Origin: Octopus sinensis
Taxonomy: Eukaryota
DNA length: 64,000 nt
Direction: 5' to 3'
Assembly: GCF_006345805.1 (NCBI RefSeq)
Contig: NC_043025.1
Coordinates: 11,346,001-11,410,000 of the forward strand
This document shows, one piece after another, positions 50,911 through 63,315 of this stretch. How positions within the stretch are numbered: position 1 is the stretch's first letter; the number at the start of each line of letters is the position of its first letter. The notes below the pieces were generated by a model. The model saw nothing but the letters and a program-made list of their open reading frames with translations, did not search any database and was not told the DNA's origin. The position numbers and the translations under genes were made by a program.

Positions 50911-51206
50911 ATAATTAAGGGTGTTGAATGATTACAACACCAGTCTGCTAGAAATAGACCCCAAATGCTCTAGAAACCACTCATTATTATTCCACTAAAC
51001 AAGGTTGCAAGTGAGGATTTATGAAATAATTTGGATTGTACCATATCTATGGATTTCATGGTTTCAGTTATTTTATAAATCTTTGCTGTCTGTTTTCTTC
51101 ACTTACAACTTTGTGTAGTGGAAGAATAATCTAAGTGGTTCCTAGGGCATTTGGGGTCTATTTCTAGCAGACTGGTGTTGTAATCATTCAACACCCTTAT
51201 GATTAT
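50911..51206. mobile_element. MITE with ~85-bp inverted termini
   Basis: TAAGGGTGTTGAATGATTACAACACCAGTCTGCTAGAAATAGACCCC at 50916, with its reverse complement ending at 51199. Confidence 0.8.
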
Positions 51207-51293
51207 ATGTGTGTGTGTGTATGTATATATGTGTATGCATATATATGTACATATGTATGTGTGTGTGCATATGTCTGTGTATATGCATATATT

Positions 51294-51342
<49 letters not shown>

Positions 51343-51439
51343 ATATATATATTAATGTGTGTGTGTGTATATATATATATATATTTATATATATATTTGT
51401 GTTTATATATATATATATTTGTGTGTTGTAAATATATTT

Positions 51440-51470
<31 letters not shown>

Positions 51471-51841
51471 TTGTGTGTGTGTGTGTATATATATATATTT
51501 GCGTGTGTATATATATATATTTATGTGTGTGTATATATATATATATATATTTGTGTGTGTGTATATATATATTTGTTTGTGTGTATGCATATATATATGT
51601 GTGTGTATATATATATATGTTTGTGTGTGTATATATGTTTGTGTGTGTGTGTATATATATATGTTTGTGTGTGTGTATATATATATGTTTGTGTGTGTGT
51701 ATATATATATGGTTGTGTGTATATATATATATATTTGTGTGTGTCTATATATATTGTGTGTGTATGTATATTTGTGTATGCATATATATGTATATATGTG
51801 TGTGTGCATATGTCAGTGTGTATATGTATATATATATATAT

Positions 51842-51892
<51 letters not shown>

Positions 51893-52219
51893 GTGTGTGT
51901 GGTGTGTGTGTATATATAATATATTTTGTGTGTGTGTGTGTATATATATATATATGTGTGTTGTGTGTGTTTGTGGATATATATATATATAGTTGGTGTT
52001 GTGTGTGTGTTATATATATATATATTGTGTGTGTGTGTGTATATATATATATATTTGTGTGTGTGTATATATATATATATTTGTGTGTGTGTGTGTATAT
52101 ATATATTTGTGTGTGTGTGTGTATATATATATTTGTTTGTGTGTATACATATATATATTTGCGTGTATACATATATGTGTGTGTGTATATATATATGTTT
52201 GTGTGTGTATATATATGTT

Positions 52220-52252
<33 letters not shown>

Positions 52253-52587
52253 TTGTTTGTGTGTATACATATATATATGTGTGTGTGTATATATATATGT
52301 TTGTGTGTGTGTGTATATATATATATATTTATGTGTGTGTGTGTGTATATATATATTTGTGTGTGTATATATATATATTTGTGTGTGTGTGTATATATAT
52401 ATATGTGTGTGTGTGTGTATATATATATTTGTTTGTGTGTATATATATATGTGTGTGTGTGTGTGTGTAATATATATATTTGTGTGTGTGTATACATATA
52501 TATATATTTATGTGCGTATATATATATATATATTATATTTATGTGCGTATATATATATATATATTTATGTGCGTATAATATATATAT

Positions 52588-52622
<35 letters not shown>

Positions 52623-52702
52623 TTGTGTGTGTGTATATATATATATATATTTGTGTGTGGTATATATATATATATATTTGTGTGTGGTATATATATATAT
52701 AT

Positions 52703-52735
<33 letters not shown>

Positions 52736-52906
52736 TTATGTGTATGTATATAAATATATGTATATATATATATTTGTGTTTGTATATATATATATATATA
52801 TTTGTGTGTGCGTGTATATATATATATTGTATGTGTGTGTATAGTTATATATATATTTATGTGTGTGTGTATATATATATATGTATATATATATTATGTG
52901 TGTGTG

Positions 52907-52937
<31 letters not shown>

Positions 52938-52948
52938 TTACGTGTGTG

Positions 52949-52998
<50 letters not shown>

Positions 52999-53343
52999 TT
53001 ATGTGTGTGTATAATATATATATATATGTATATGTGTGTTTATATTTATGTGGTGTGTGTGTGTATAATATATATATATTATTTATTTGTGTGTGTATAT
53101 ATATATATAGATTTGTGGTTGTATATATATATATATATTTATGTGTATGTGTGTGTGTGTATATATATATATATATTTATGTGTATGTGTGTATATGTAT
53201 ATATATATATATTTATGTGTGTGTATGTGTGTATATGTATATATATATATATATTTATGTGTGTGTATGTGTAATATATATATATATATATATATTTATG
53301 TCTTTGTGTGTATGTATATATATATATATTTATGTGTTTGTGT

Positions 53344-53376
<33 letters not shown>

Positions 53377-53400
53377 TTAATATATATATATATATATAAA
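51207..53400. repeat. 2.2-kb compound (TA)n/(TG)n microsatellite
   Basis: Alternating TA and TG blocks, usually joined by TTT; it explains the many spurious VCIY/HTY ORFs. Similar tracts at 7040-7500, 24060-24440 and 62700-63000. Confidence 0.97.
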
Positions 53401-53458
53401 ACATTATTGGTGAATTGAAGAAATGGAGCTGAACGCAGATTGAACAGAAATCGTTTTA

Positions 53459-53547
53459 TTTCATTCTACACGTGTTTCGAAAGGCACAATTACCAAAATC
53501 CGATTGAATAATGGGACCATATTGTGTCTTTCTCTTCAGGAAGAAAA
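53459..53547 (-). ncRNA. Canonical minimal type-I hammerhead ribozyme (Penelope/retrozyme-like)
   Basis: Stem I TTTTCTTC/GAATGAAA, core CTGAAGA, stem II GAAAGACAC/GTGCCTTTC, GAAA, palindromic stem III ACACGTGT, GUA cleavage triplet. Confidence 0.75.
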
Positions 53548-54610
53548 AGGAAATCCGTTGGAAAAACAAAAACAGAACAGAGGCGGAGCAAAAAACAAAT
53601 CGAACTGTGCTCCTAAGAGCCCATGGCGAAACTGTTTTCAGTGTATGTTGAGAACCGGTGGCTGAAGAATTCAACGGGTCAGGCATCGGTCAATCATGTG
53701 GTGAGGGTGTATAGATGTTCTTTGTGACCGAGAATAAAGTTCTGACTATTTAAAGAATATTGGATGTTTTATAAGTGGCGAGAAAAAATCTACTTAGAGA
53801 CGTGTGTGTGTGTGTATACTGTTCTATATATGTGTGTGTTGGCGTAGGGGTAGAATACATTTTTTGTGTACGTGTGTGCGTTTGTACGTGTGTGCGTTTT
53901 GCTACTGAGGTATCGGTTAAACTGTTGATTAATCTACTACAAGATTATTCATCTTTCTATTTCACATAATATATATATATATATATATATATTTATGTGT
54001 GTGTGTATATATATTTATGTGTGTGTATATATATATATATTTATATCATCATCATCATCGTTTAACGTCCGCTTTCCATGCTAGCATGGGTTGGACGAAT
54101 GACTGAGGGCTGGCGAACCAGATCGTTGCACCAGTCACCCCGCAAAGCTATTAAAAAAATCAATAGATGTGACTTTTTTGTGAATTTTCTATCCAAAACC
54201 TAATCAAAATGCCCGAAACTTGATACGCCAATTGAATGCCGGCTAGCTGTATGTGATTGGTCGGAAATTTGGACAGTACTCGCGTGTATGTGCGCATGCA
54301 CACAGCTGTATATGCATGCACTAGCACTATGACCCGGCAACGCCAGGTCATAGTGCTAGTAGTGTTAAAGCCCAAAACTTTGGTTGCCTTAATTTTGGGA
54401 CACCCATGATTCAGCCAGATCACATCTTTTCTTACAAATAAATATTAAAAACACAAAAGATAAACTTAAAAAGATGTCCAACAGATCTGTTTAACCCCAC
54501 ACAGCCACAAACTCACAGATTCCTCCACGTTTTCACCAAACCCTCCCAAAATCCCTGCCCTGAATTAATCCCCAAATAAACATTTTGTTCTTCTGTGACC
54601 TTTTTTTCAG

Positions 54611-54764
54611 AATCAGTGATGACCTTCGACCTGTCAAGCTACAGAAGATAGTCATTGGATATCCCTGTTCTGAGAGGATATCCAACTACCAGTTTGATAT
54701 CTCACTGCGGTATAAACTTCCAAATGTCATCCTTAACTATTCTGATGGTAAACCAACACTTGTG
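54611..54764 (+). CDS. HFM1: HFM1 exon (RPVKLQK...KPTLV)
   Basis: TTTTTTTCAG| and |GTAAGG; RPVKL linker into RecA2. Confidence 0.95.
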
Positions 54765-54901
54765 GTAAGGACACTGTTACATCCCCTGCCCTTTCATTCT
54801 CTCTCTGTCTTACTCATTCTCTCTCTCTCTCTCTCTCTCTCGCTTCTAATTTGTGTTAGATGGTGCACTTAACACCACTACCAATGTCTCCACCATATAT
54901 A

Positions 54902-54949
<48 letters not shown>

Positions 54950-55150
54950 TCTTTTACTTCTTTCAGTCATTTGACTGCGGCCATGCTGGAGCACCGCCTT
55001 TAGTCAAGTAAATCGACTCCGGGACTTATTCTTTGTAAGCCCATACTTATTCTATGGTCTCTTTTGCCGAACCGCTAAGTGACGGGACGTAAACACACCA
55101 GCATCGGTTGTCAAGCAATGCTAGGGGGACAAACACAGACCCCACACACA

Positions 55151-55199
<49 letters not shown>

Positions 55200-55390
55200 C
55201 ATATATACGACAGGCTTCTTTCAGTTTCCGTCTACCAAATCCATTCACAAGGCATTGGTCGGCCCGGGGCTATAGAGTAGAAGCCACTTCCCAAGATGCC
55301 ACGCAGTGGGACTGAACCCGGACCATGTGGTTGGTTAGCAAGCTACTTACCACACATCCACTCCTGCGCCTATATATATAATATATATAG

Positions 55391-55426
<36 letters not shown>

Positions 55427-56836
55427 ATATATTCTTTTATTTGTTCAGTCATTTTGATTGCAGTCATGCTGAAGCACTGCCTTAGTCGAACAAATCAACT
55501 CCAGGACTTATTCTTTGTAAGCCTAGTTCATATTCCATTGGTCTCTTTTGCTGAACTGCGACATTATGGAGATGTAAACACACCAACATCAGTTTTCAAG
55601 TAATGGTGGAGGACAAACACAGACACACAAAAATGCATATGTATATATATATATGTATACATATATATATATATATATATATATATGTATACATATATAT
55701 ATATATATACTCATACATATATATATATGTCAATTGATTTGACTAAAATTCCTCAAGGCAGTGCCCCAGCATGGCCACAGTCTAGCGAATGTAACAAGTG
55801 AAAGCACAAAATATAAGCTAAAAGACTATCTCAAACACTACAGTATCTAATGTGCTTTTGTTGTTTAGACTGAAGTTAGATCAAGCAGACGTATGATCAG
55901 ATGTTCCAACCACGACCTTGTCACTGTAATTGTTTAACCCTTTAGTGTTTAAACCGGCCATATCCGGCCAAAATATTCTACCTATTTTATGTTCAAACTA
56001 GTCAGATATGGTCATTCATAGCTACCTCATTGTGTCATTTTAAAAATAAACAATCACATCATTGAAATCTCAAAGCCATGAAATGATGCAAGATTAATTT
56101 TACATAGTGTGAATATATAAGCTTTACATCATCATCATTTAGCGTCCGTTTTCCATGCTAGCATGGGTTGGATGGTTTAACTGGGGTCTGTGAAACCGGA
56201 AGGCTTCATCAGGCCCAGTCAGATTTGGCAGTGTTTCTACGGCTGGATGCCCTTCCTAATGCCAACCACTCCGCGAGTGTAGTGGGTGCTTTTTACGTGC
56301 CACCTGCACAGGTGCCAGACAGAGCTGGCAACGGCCACAGTCGGATTGGTGCATTTTATGTGCCACCGGCACAGAAGCCAGTTGAGGCAGCGCTGGCATC
56401 GGCCACGAGTCGGATAGTGCTTTTTACGTACCACCAGTCCAGGGGTCCTGGCTGGTTCAATTCGATTTCGATTTCACTTGCCCCAACATGTCTTCGCAAG
56501 CAAAGGGGGTTGGCATGGGTGCCTGCCGTCGGATGAGGTTCTATATCGACTTCGCTTGCCTCAACAGGTCTTTGTGTGTCCAAGGGAGGAAAGGCATGCA
56601 TAAGTGGGCTGGGCTCACTTGTCCTGCCTGGTCTTCTCACGTACAGCATATTTCCAAAGGTCTCGGTCGCTGGTCATTTCCTCAGTGAGGCCTAAAGTTC
56701 GAAGGTCGTGCTTCACCACCTCGTCCCAGGTTTTCCTGGGTCTACCTCTTCCACGGGTTCCCACGGGTCATTGTCATTGTTTAACCCCAGGTCTGTCCTA
56801 ATCCAATAATCAGGTTTTTTTCTTCTCAAATTGTAG

Positions 56837-56969
56837 TTCTGTTCAACCCGGAAGAACGTCATACAAACAGCTGACATGTTGAGTAAACAGGGGAAGTTTT
56901 TGTCATCATTTGAGATGAGAACCATTCTAAGTAACAGCGCCAAACTCTTAAAAGATGCCAAGTTACATG
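56837..56969 (+). CDS. HFM1: HFM1 exon, motif IV (FCSTRK)
   Basis: TTGTAG| FCSTRKNVIQTADML...DAKLH G|GTAATT. Confidence 0.95.
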
Positions 56970-57833
56970 GTAATTATTACCTCTATCTCTCTCTCTCTCT
57001 CTCTCTTTTTTTCTTTTTTTTTACTCTTTTTACTTGTTTCAGTCAGTTGACTGCGGCCATGCTGGAGCACCGCCTTTTAGTCGAGCAACTCGACCCCGGA
57101 ACTTATTCTCTGTAAGCCCAGTACTTATTCCATCGGTCTCTTTTGCCGAACCGCTAAGTGACGGGGACGTAAACACACCAGCATCGGTTGTCAAGCAATG
57201 CTAGGGGGACAAACACAGACACACAAACACACACGCACATATATATATATACATATATACGACAGGCTTCTTTCAGTTTCCGTCTACCAAATCCACTGAC
57301 AAGGCTTTGGTCAGCCCGAGGCTATAGCAGAAGACACTTGCCCAATATGCCATGCAGTGGGACTGAACCCGGAACCATGTGTTTGGTAAGCAAGCTACTT
57401 ACCACACAGCCACTCCTGCATCCTCTCTTTTTCTTACTCTTTTTATTAGTTACATTGATAAAACTACTATAGCTGGCCATACTGGTGCACTGATATCATC
57501 AAGGTGTTTTAGTAAGTTATGGTATGGCCATGTGGTTGAGAACCCTTTGATGGACCGTTGTCACATTCAGGGAGGATGTTGTGATTTGGTCATATATGCA
57601 TCATGGAAACTGGGTTGCCAACCCAATGGGTCCTGGGACTTGAGATAATAATGCTTGGGTGTTGACAATGATGTGTGGTTGAAAAATGCATGGGGGTGCA
57701 TCAGGCATTGGGGTGGGATAGTACCTCTGACAGGGTAACATGTGGTGGTCTTTGGAATAGTTTGACCACTTTGGTCCTCACCTGACATCCAGCTCTCACC
57801 TGTGGCTCCTTGAAGCTATGTGTATGCAGCAGT

Positions 57834-58220
57834 GTGGAGGCGCAATGGCCCAGTGGTTAGGGCAGCGGACTCGCGGTCGTAGGATCGCGGTTTCGATTCC
57901 CAGACCGGGCGTTGTGAGTGTTTATTGAGCGAAAACACCTAAAAGCTCCACGAGGCTCCGGCAGGGGATGGTGTTGATCCCTGCTGTACTCTTTCACCAC
58001 AACTTTCTCTCACTCTTACTTTCCTGTTTCTGTTGTACCTGTATTTCAAAGGGCCAGCCTTGTCACTCTCTGTGTCACGCTGAATATCCCCGAGAAATAC
58101 GTTAAGGGTACACGTGTCTGTGGAGTGCTCAGCCACTTACACGTTAATTTCACGAGCAGGCTGTTCCGTTGATTCAGATCAACCGGAACCCTCGTCGTCG
58201 TAACCGACAGAGTGCTTCCA
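57834..58220 (+). mobile_element. ~385-bp tRNA-derived SINE (GTGGAGGCGCAATGGCCCAGTGGTTAGGGCAGCGGACTCGCG...)
   Basis: A/B-box-like head and a flanking duplication ATGCAGCAGT. Near-identical copies at 16129-16497, 32858-33245 and 36565-36942 (-). Confidence 0.85.
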
Positions 58221-58834
58221 TCCATGCAGCAGTGGTCACACTCTGGGCAACAGCTTCCACAGGCTGGCTAAGCCATGGTAAGGGTAGTCAATGGTTTTCA
58301 ACCCTTGGCACTTTAGGGCTTGTCTGCCTATGCATGTGAAGACTAGATCTGCAGACTATGCAGAGGGAAGCACAAGATTGGTTCAACAGACAGGAAGGCT
58401 GACCAGTAAGCATTGTGGAACAGTTTAAAATTTATTAGTTACCTAGAAATTATGTTAAAAACTGCTGTAGTGATGCTACTGTGTAAGGTTCAGCGCGCAT
58501 GCGCAGAATGGGACTACTTCCGGGTGGCCACCGGAAGTCTTCCCCATGCACATGTGCGGGAAACTGACCTCTAAGGCACAGTCCACTCACTCACTCTCTC
58601 TGGCCCCAACAGCGCTCGTGAACAGACGTGCATTAGAAGTCTCTGAGAACTACGCATCGACTTAGCAGCGGACACATCGAACCACTTCGACCAGCCTACA
58701 AGAAGCTGTACAACAGACACGGCTGTCGGTCCCCCTCAGTAATAGGCACACCAGATCAACACCATCACGAGTAATAAAACAACATTTGCTGTCTTTCCCA
58801 GATGACCTGACTTCGTCTGTTATATTTAACTAAA

Positions 58835-59815
58835 TAAGGCGGCAAGCTGGCAGAAACGTTAGCGCGCCAGGCGAAATGCTTAGCGGTATTTCGTCCGTCA
58901 CTACGTTCTGAGTTCAAATTCCGCCGAGGTGGACTTTGCCTTTCATCCTTTCGGGGTCGATTAAATAAGTACCAGTTACGCACTGGGGTCGATATAATCG
59001 ACTTAATCATTTTGTCTGTCCTTGTTTTTCCCCTCTGTGTTTAGCCCCTTGTGGGTAGTAAAGAAATAGGTATTTCGTCTGCCGTTACGTTCTGAGTTCA
59101 AATTCCGCCGAGGTCAACTTTGCCTTTCATCCTTTCAGGGTCAATTAAATAAGTACCAGTTACGCACTGGGGTCGATATGATCGACTTAATCCGTTTGTC
59201 TGTCCTTGTTTTTCCCCTCTGTGTTTAGCCCCTTGTGGGTAGTAAAAAAATAGGTATCTCTTCTGCCGTTACGTTCTGAGTTCAAATTCTGCCGAGGTCG
59301 ACTTTGCCTTTCATCCTTTCGGGAGTCGATTAAATAAGTACCAGTTATGCACTGGGGTTGATATAATCGACTTAATCCGTTTGTCTGTCCTTGTTTTTCC
59401 CCTCTGTGTTTAGCCCCTTGTGGGTAGTAAAGAAATAGGTATTTCGTCTGCCGTTACGTTCTGAGTTCAAATTCCGCCGAGGTCGACTTTGCCTTTCATC
59501 CTTTCAGGGTCGATTAAATAAGTACCAGTTACGCACTGGGGTTGATATGATCGACTTAATCCGTTTGTCTGTCCTTGTTTTTCCCCCTCTGTGTTTAGCC
59601 CCTTGTGGGTAGTAAAAAAATAGGTATTTCTTCTGCCGTTACGTTGTGAGTTCAAATTCCGCCGAGGTCGACTTTGCCTTTCATCCTTTCGGGGTCGATT
59701 AAATAAGTACCAGTTACGCACTGGGGTCGATATGATCGACTTAATCCGTTTGTCTGTCCTTGTTTTTCCCCTCTGTGTTTAGCCCCTTGTGGGTAGTAAA
59801 GAAATATATATCTAA
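58835..59815 (+). repeat. Five-unit tandem SINE array (184-185-bp period)
   Basis: Units start at 58886, 59070, 59254, 59439 and 59624; only the first has the tRNA-like head. Confidence 0.92.
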
Positions 59816-59951
59816 CTAAATTGAATATGAGGGGATCGGATCGGACACCCCTTCAGTGATACCGGTCCCAGATCCTGTTACACTGCTGTTCAAACCGAAA
59901 AGATCCAACATCTCTTTTTATTCTTTCCCTTTGTGTTTTGTATTTCCCAAG

Positions 59952-60053
59952 ATTTCCTCCTCAGTGGTGTGGGCTGTCACCATGCTGGTATGGACTACCA
60001 CGACAGGAAGCTGATGGCTGACTTATTCGAAGCTGGTAACTTACTGGTACTTT
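59952..60053 (+). CDS. HFM1: HFM1 exon (GVGCHHAGM...DRKL)
   Basis: CCCAAG| and T|GTGAGT; HHAG motif. Confidence 0.95.
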
Positions 60054-60576
60054 GTGAGTAAACCGTTTTCCTTATTTTGTTCACCTATGCTCAGTCCCAC
60101 TGCTTGCTTGCAGGATTATCCCTTTAGCATTCAAATCAGCTATATCTGGCCCATATGTACTACCTGTTTTATATTCAAATTCATCTGATCCAGCCTTTTA
60201 CACCTACCCTACAATGTCTTAACAATCACATTATTAAAAGATCAAAGCTATGATTAGTTCAAAACAATGTGAACAAGAGCATTCAGAGAGTTCAAACCTC
60301 CGCCAAGGCAACACCAACGTCCTCTCAACAATTAGCCGGAGATGATTTTTTAAAATGAGAATATCTGAAATAAACTCGACTGCTCTCACAAACGAGAATG
60401 CTAAAAATGAACCTGATCACTCTCAAAAATTAAGTAAAAAAGAAGCAGGAAAAATAATCCAGAATCCTTGTCTGGTGCTGGATTGATCCCAAAATCTAAT
60501 CAATTCGTGCCAGACACAAGGCTAAACATCCCTGAAAGTTTCATTCGAATCCATCCAGTAGTTCTTGAGGAGAGTT

Positions 60577-61082
60577 GCTGAAGCATGGAACAAACTGCCG
60601 GCATCGGTTGTTAGTTGTCGGAGCACTGCATCCTTCAAAACTTCCATGCTTCCTGAGAGATTCGCCAACACTACACCTGATTTTCTCCTCCCCTCCATAC
60701 ACACGCTGAAGCATGAAACAAACTGCCGGCATCTGTTGTTAGTTGTCGGAGCACTGCATCCTTCAAAACTTCCATGCTTCCTGAGATTCGCCAACACTAC
60801 ACCTGATCTCCTCCTCTCCATACACACGCTGAAGCATGGAACAAACTGCCGGCATCTGTTGTTAGTTGTCGGAGCACTGCATCCTTCAAAACTTCCATGC
60901 TTCCTTAGAGATTCGCCAACACTACACCTGATCTTCTCCTCCCCTCCATACACACAAGCAAGCATCTATCTGACTCATACATTGTTCGCTTTCCAGACAT
61001 TTGTACATTACTGCATGTACTTTATACGCACTTTCTAATAAGTTGTGGTGCACCTGAGCACTGTATACAATAATTTCATTAT
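60577..61082 (+). mobile_element. CR1/L2-type LINE 3' end with its terminal ORF segment triplicated
   Basis: EAWNKLPASVVSCRSTASFKTSML units start at 60577, 60705 and 60828, followed by a single 3' UTR. Confidence 0.75.
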
Positions 61083-61174
61083 TTAAATTTTTTTTTATAC
61101 CTTGTCCACAGACAAACAAGCAAACACGACTATAAACAACACCTCTGGCTTTGCTAAGGCAGAGGTAATAAATA

Positions 61175-62137
61175 AGGCGGCGAGCTGGCCGAAACGTTAG
61201 CACACCGGGCGAAATGCTCTGCGGTATTTCGTCTGCCGTTACGTTGTGAGTTCAAATTCCGCCGAGGTCGACTTTGCCTTTCATCCTTTCGGGGTCGATA
61301 AATTAAGTACCAGTTACGCACTGGGGTCGATGTAATCGACTTAATACCTATGTCTGTCCTTGTTTGTCCCCTCTGTGTTTAGCCCCTTCTGGGTAGTAAA
61401 GAAATAGGTATTTCGTCTGTCGTTACGTTCTGAGTTCAAATTCCGCCAAGGTCGACTTTGCCTTCCATCCTTTCGGGGTCGATAAATTAAGTACCATTTA
61501 CGCACTGGGGTCGATGTAATCGACTTAATACCTATGTCTGTCCTTGTTTGTCCCCTCTGTGTTTAGCCCCTTGTGGGTAGTAAAGAAATAGGTATTTCGT
61601 CTGTCGTTACGTTCTGGGTTCAAATTCCGCCAAGGTCGACTTTGCCTTCCATCCTTTCGGGGTCAATAAATTAAGTACCATTTACGTACTGGGGTCGATG
61701 TAATCGACTTAATACCTATGTCTGTCCTTGTTTGTCCCCTCTGTGTTTAGCCCCTTGTGGGTAGTAAAGAAATAGGTATTTCGTCTGCTGTTACGTTCTG
61801 AGTTCAAATTCCGCCGAGGTCGACTTTGCCTTTCATCCTTTCGGGGTCGATTAAATAAGTACCAGTTACACACTGGGGTCGATATAATCGACTTAATCCG
61901 TTTGTCTGTCCTTGTTTGTCCTCTCTGTGTGTAGCCCCTTGTAGGTAGTAAAGAAATAGGTATTTCGTCTGCGTTACGTTGTGAGTTCAAATTCCGCCGA
62001 GGTCGACTTTGCCTTTCATCCTTTCGGGGTCGATAAATAAGTACCAGTTACGCACTGGGGTCGATGTAATCGACTTAATACCTATGTTTGTCTTTGTTTG
62101 TCCCCTCTGTGTTTAGCCCCTTGTGGGTAGTAAGGAA
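61175..62137 (+). repeat. Five-unit tandem SINE array (~184-bp period)
   Basis: Same structure as 58835-59815; it ends about 70 nt before an HFM1 acceptor. Confidence 0.92.
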
Positions 62138-62209
62138 AGAGGTAATAAATAAGCATTTAATTTGGCAGAGAAATCTGAATGCTAAAAGGATAATCTTTCT
62201 CTCTTCTAG

Positions 62210-62355
62210 TGGCCACCTCAACTCTGGCAATGGGAGTGAACCTTCCTGCTCACCTTGTAGTCGTTATGTCGACTCAGTATTATGTGATGGGGAACCACCA
62301 GGAGTATTCAGAATCACAGGTGTTACAGATGATCGGCAGAGCTGGACGACCACAG
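62210..62355 (+). CDS. HFM1: HFM1 exon, motifs V-VI ([12 protein letters not shown]; [10 protein letters not shown])
   Basis: TTCTAG| and CAG|GTGCGT; diagnostic Ski2/Brr2/Mer3 motifs. Confidence 0.97.
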
Positions 62356-62763
62356 GTGCGTATAAGTGTCACTTGCAAACTTAGAGGAGTGGCTGGTGGT
62401 AAGAAGCTTAAGACACAGTGTATTTAGGACTTCATTACCTAATGTGTCCTTCCATTATATAAGGTGATATATTGTGCTTTGAAATTTATCCAGTGAATGG
62501 ATATATGCATACACACTCATACACAAGTACACACACACACACAATATACTTAGGACTTCTTTTAGGGTCTGTATACCAAATCCACTCACAAGTCTTTGGT
62601 TGGCCTGGAGCTATAGAAGTATACATTTGCTGAAAGTGGTACGCAGTGGGACTGAAACACGGATCCATGTGGTTGGGAAGCAAACTTATTACCACCCAAC
62701 CACGCTTAAGCACATACATAGATACATACATACATACATACGTATACACACACACACATACAT

Positions 62764-62825
<62 letters not shown>

Positions 62826-62929
62826 ATACATACGTATACACACACACATACATGCGTATACACATACGTATACATACATACATACACACACACATACATA
62901 CATACATACATACATACGTATACACACAC

Positions 62930-62961
<32 letters not shown>

Positions 62962-62966
62962 TATAT

Positions 62967-62998
<32 letters not shown>

Positions 62999-63147
62999 AG
63001 ATCAGCAGCGATTTAGATTCAAATGAATATGGTACTTAATTTAGATGCACCAGAATTTTGTGTGGTGTTACCCATAAAAATTTGCGGGGTGATTATAATA
63101 AAAAATAAACAACTTGATTTGAAAACTTTTATATTATTGGAAAACCT

Positions 63148-63235
63148 ATTACCTGAAGATTACTCAACATCTTAAATCTGCTGTAATATTTACAGCTTTT
63201 AATAAAATGTTGTAGTATGAAACAATTGTACTAAA
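63148..63235 (+). ncRNA. Minimal hammerhead-like motif, slightly degenerate
   Basis: CTGAAGA, stem II TACT-CAACAT/ATGTTG-T-AGTA, GAAA, palindrome ACAATTGT, GUA; stem I is imperfect. Confidence 0.55.
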
Positions 63236-63268
63236 TTACCAGAATCATTCTTGTTGCTTATTTTTGAT

Positions 63269-63315
<47 letters not shown>

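Noticed and set aside
51099-53399. Long ORFs (up to 423 aa) of V/C/I/Y or H/T/Y
   Set aside because: Translations of (TA)n/(TG)n microsatellite, which lacks stops in several frames; the same applies at 6974-7535, 24020-24765 and 62486-63016.
57834-57905. tRNA-like sequence (also 16129, 32858, 33600, 36870)
   Set aside because: These are SINE heads continuing into repeat bodies, without a complete cloverleaf or acceptor stem.
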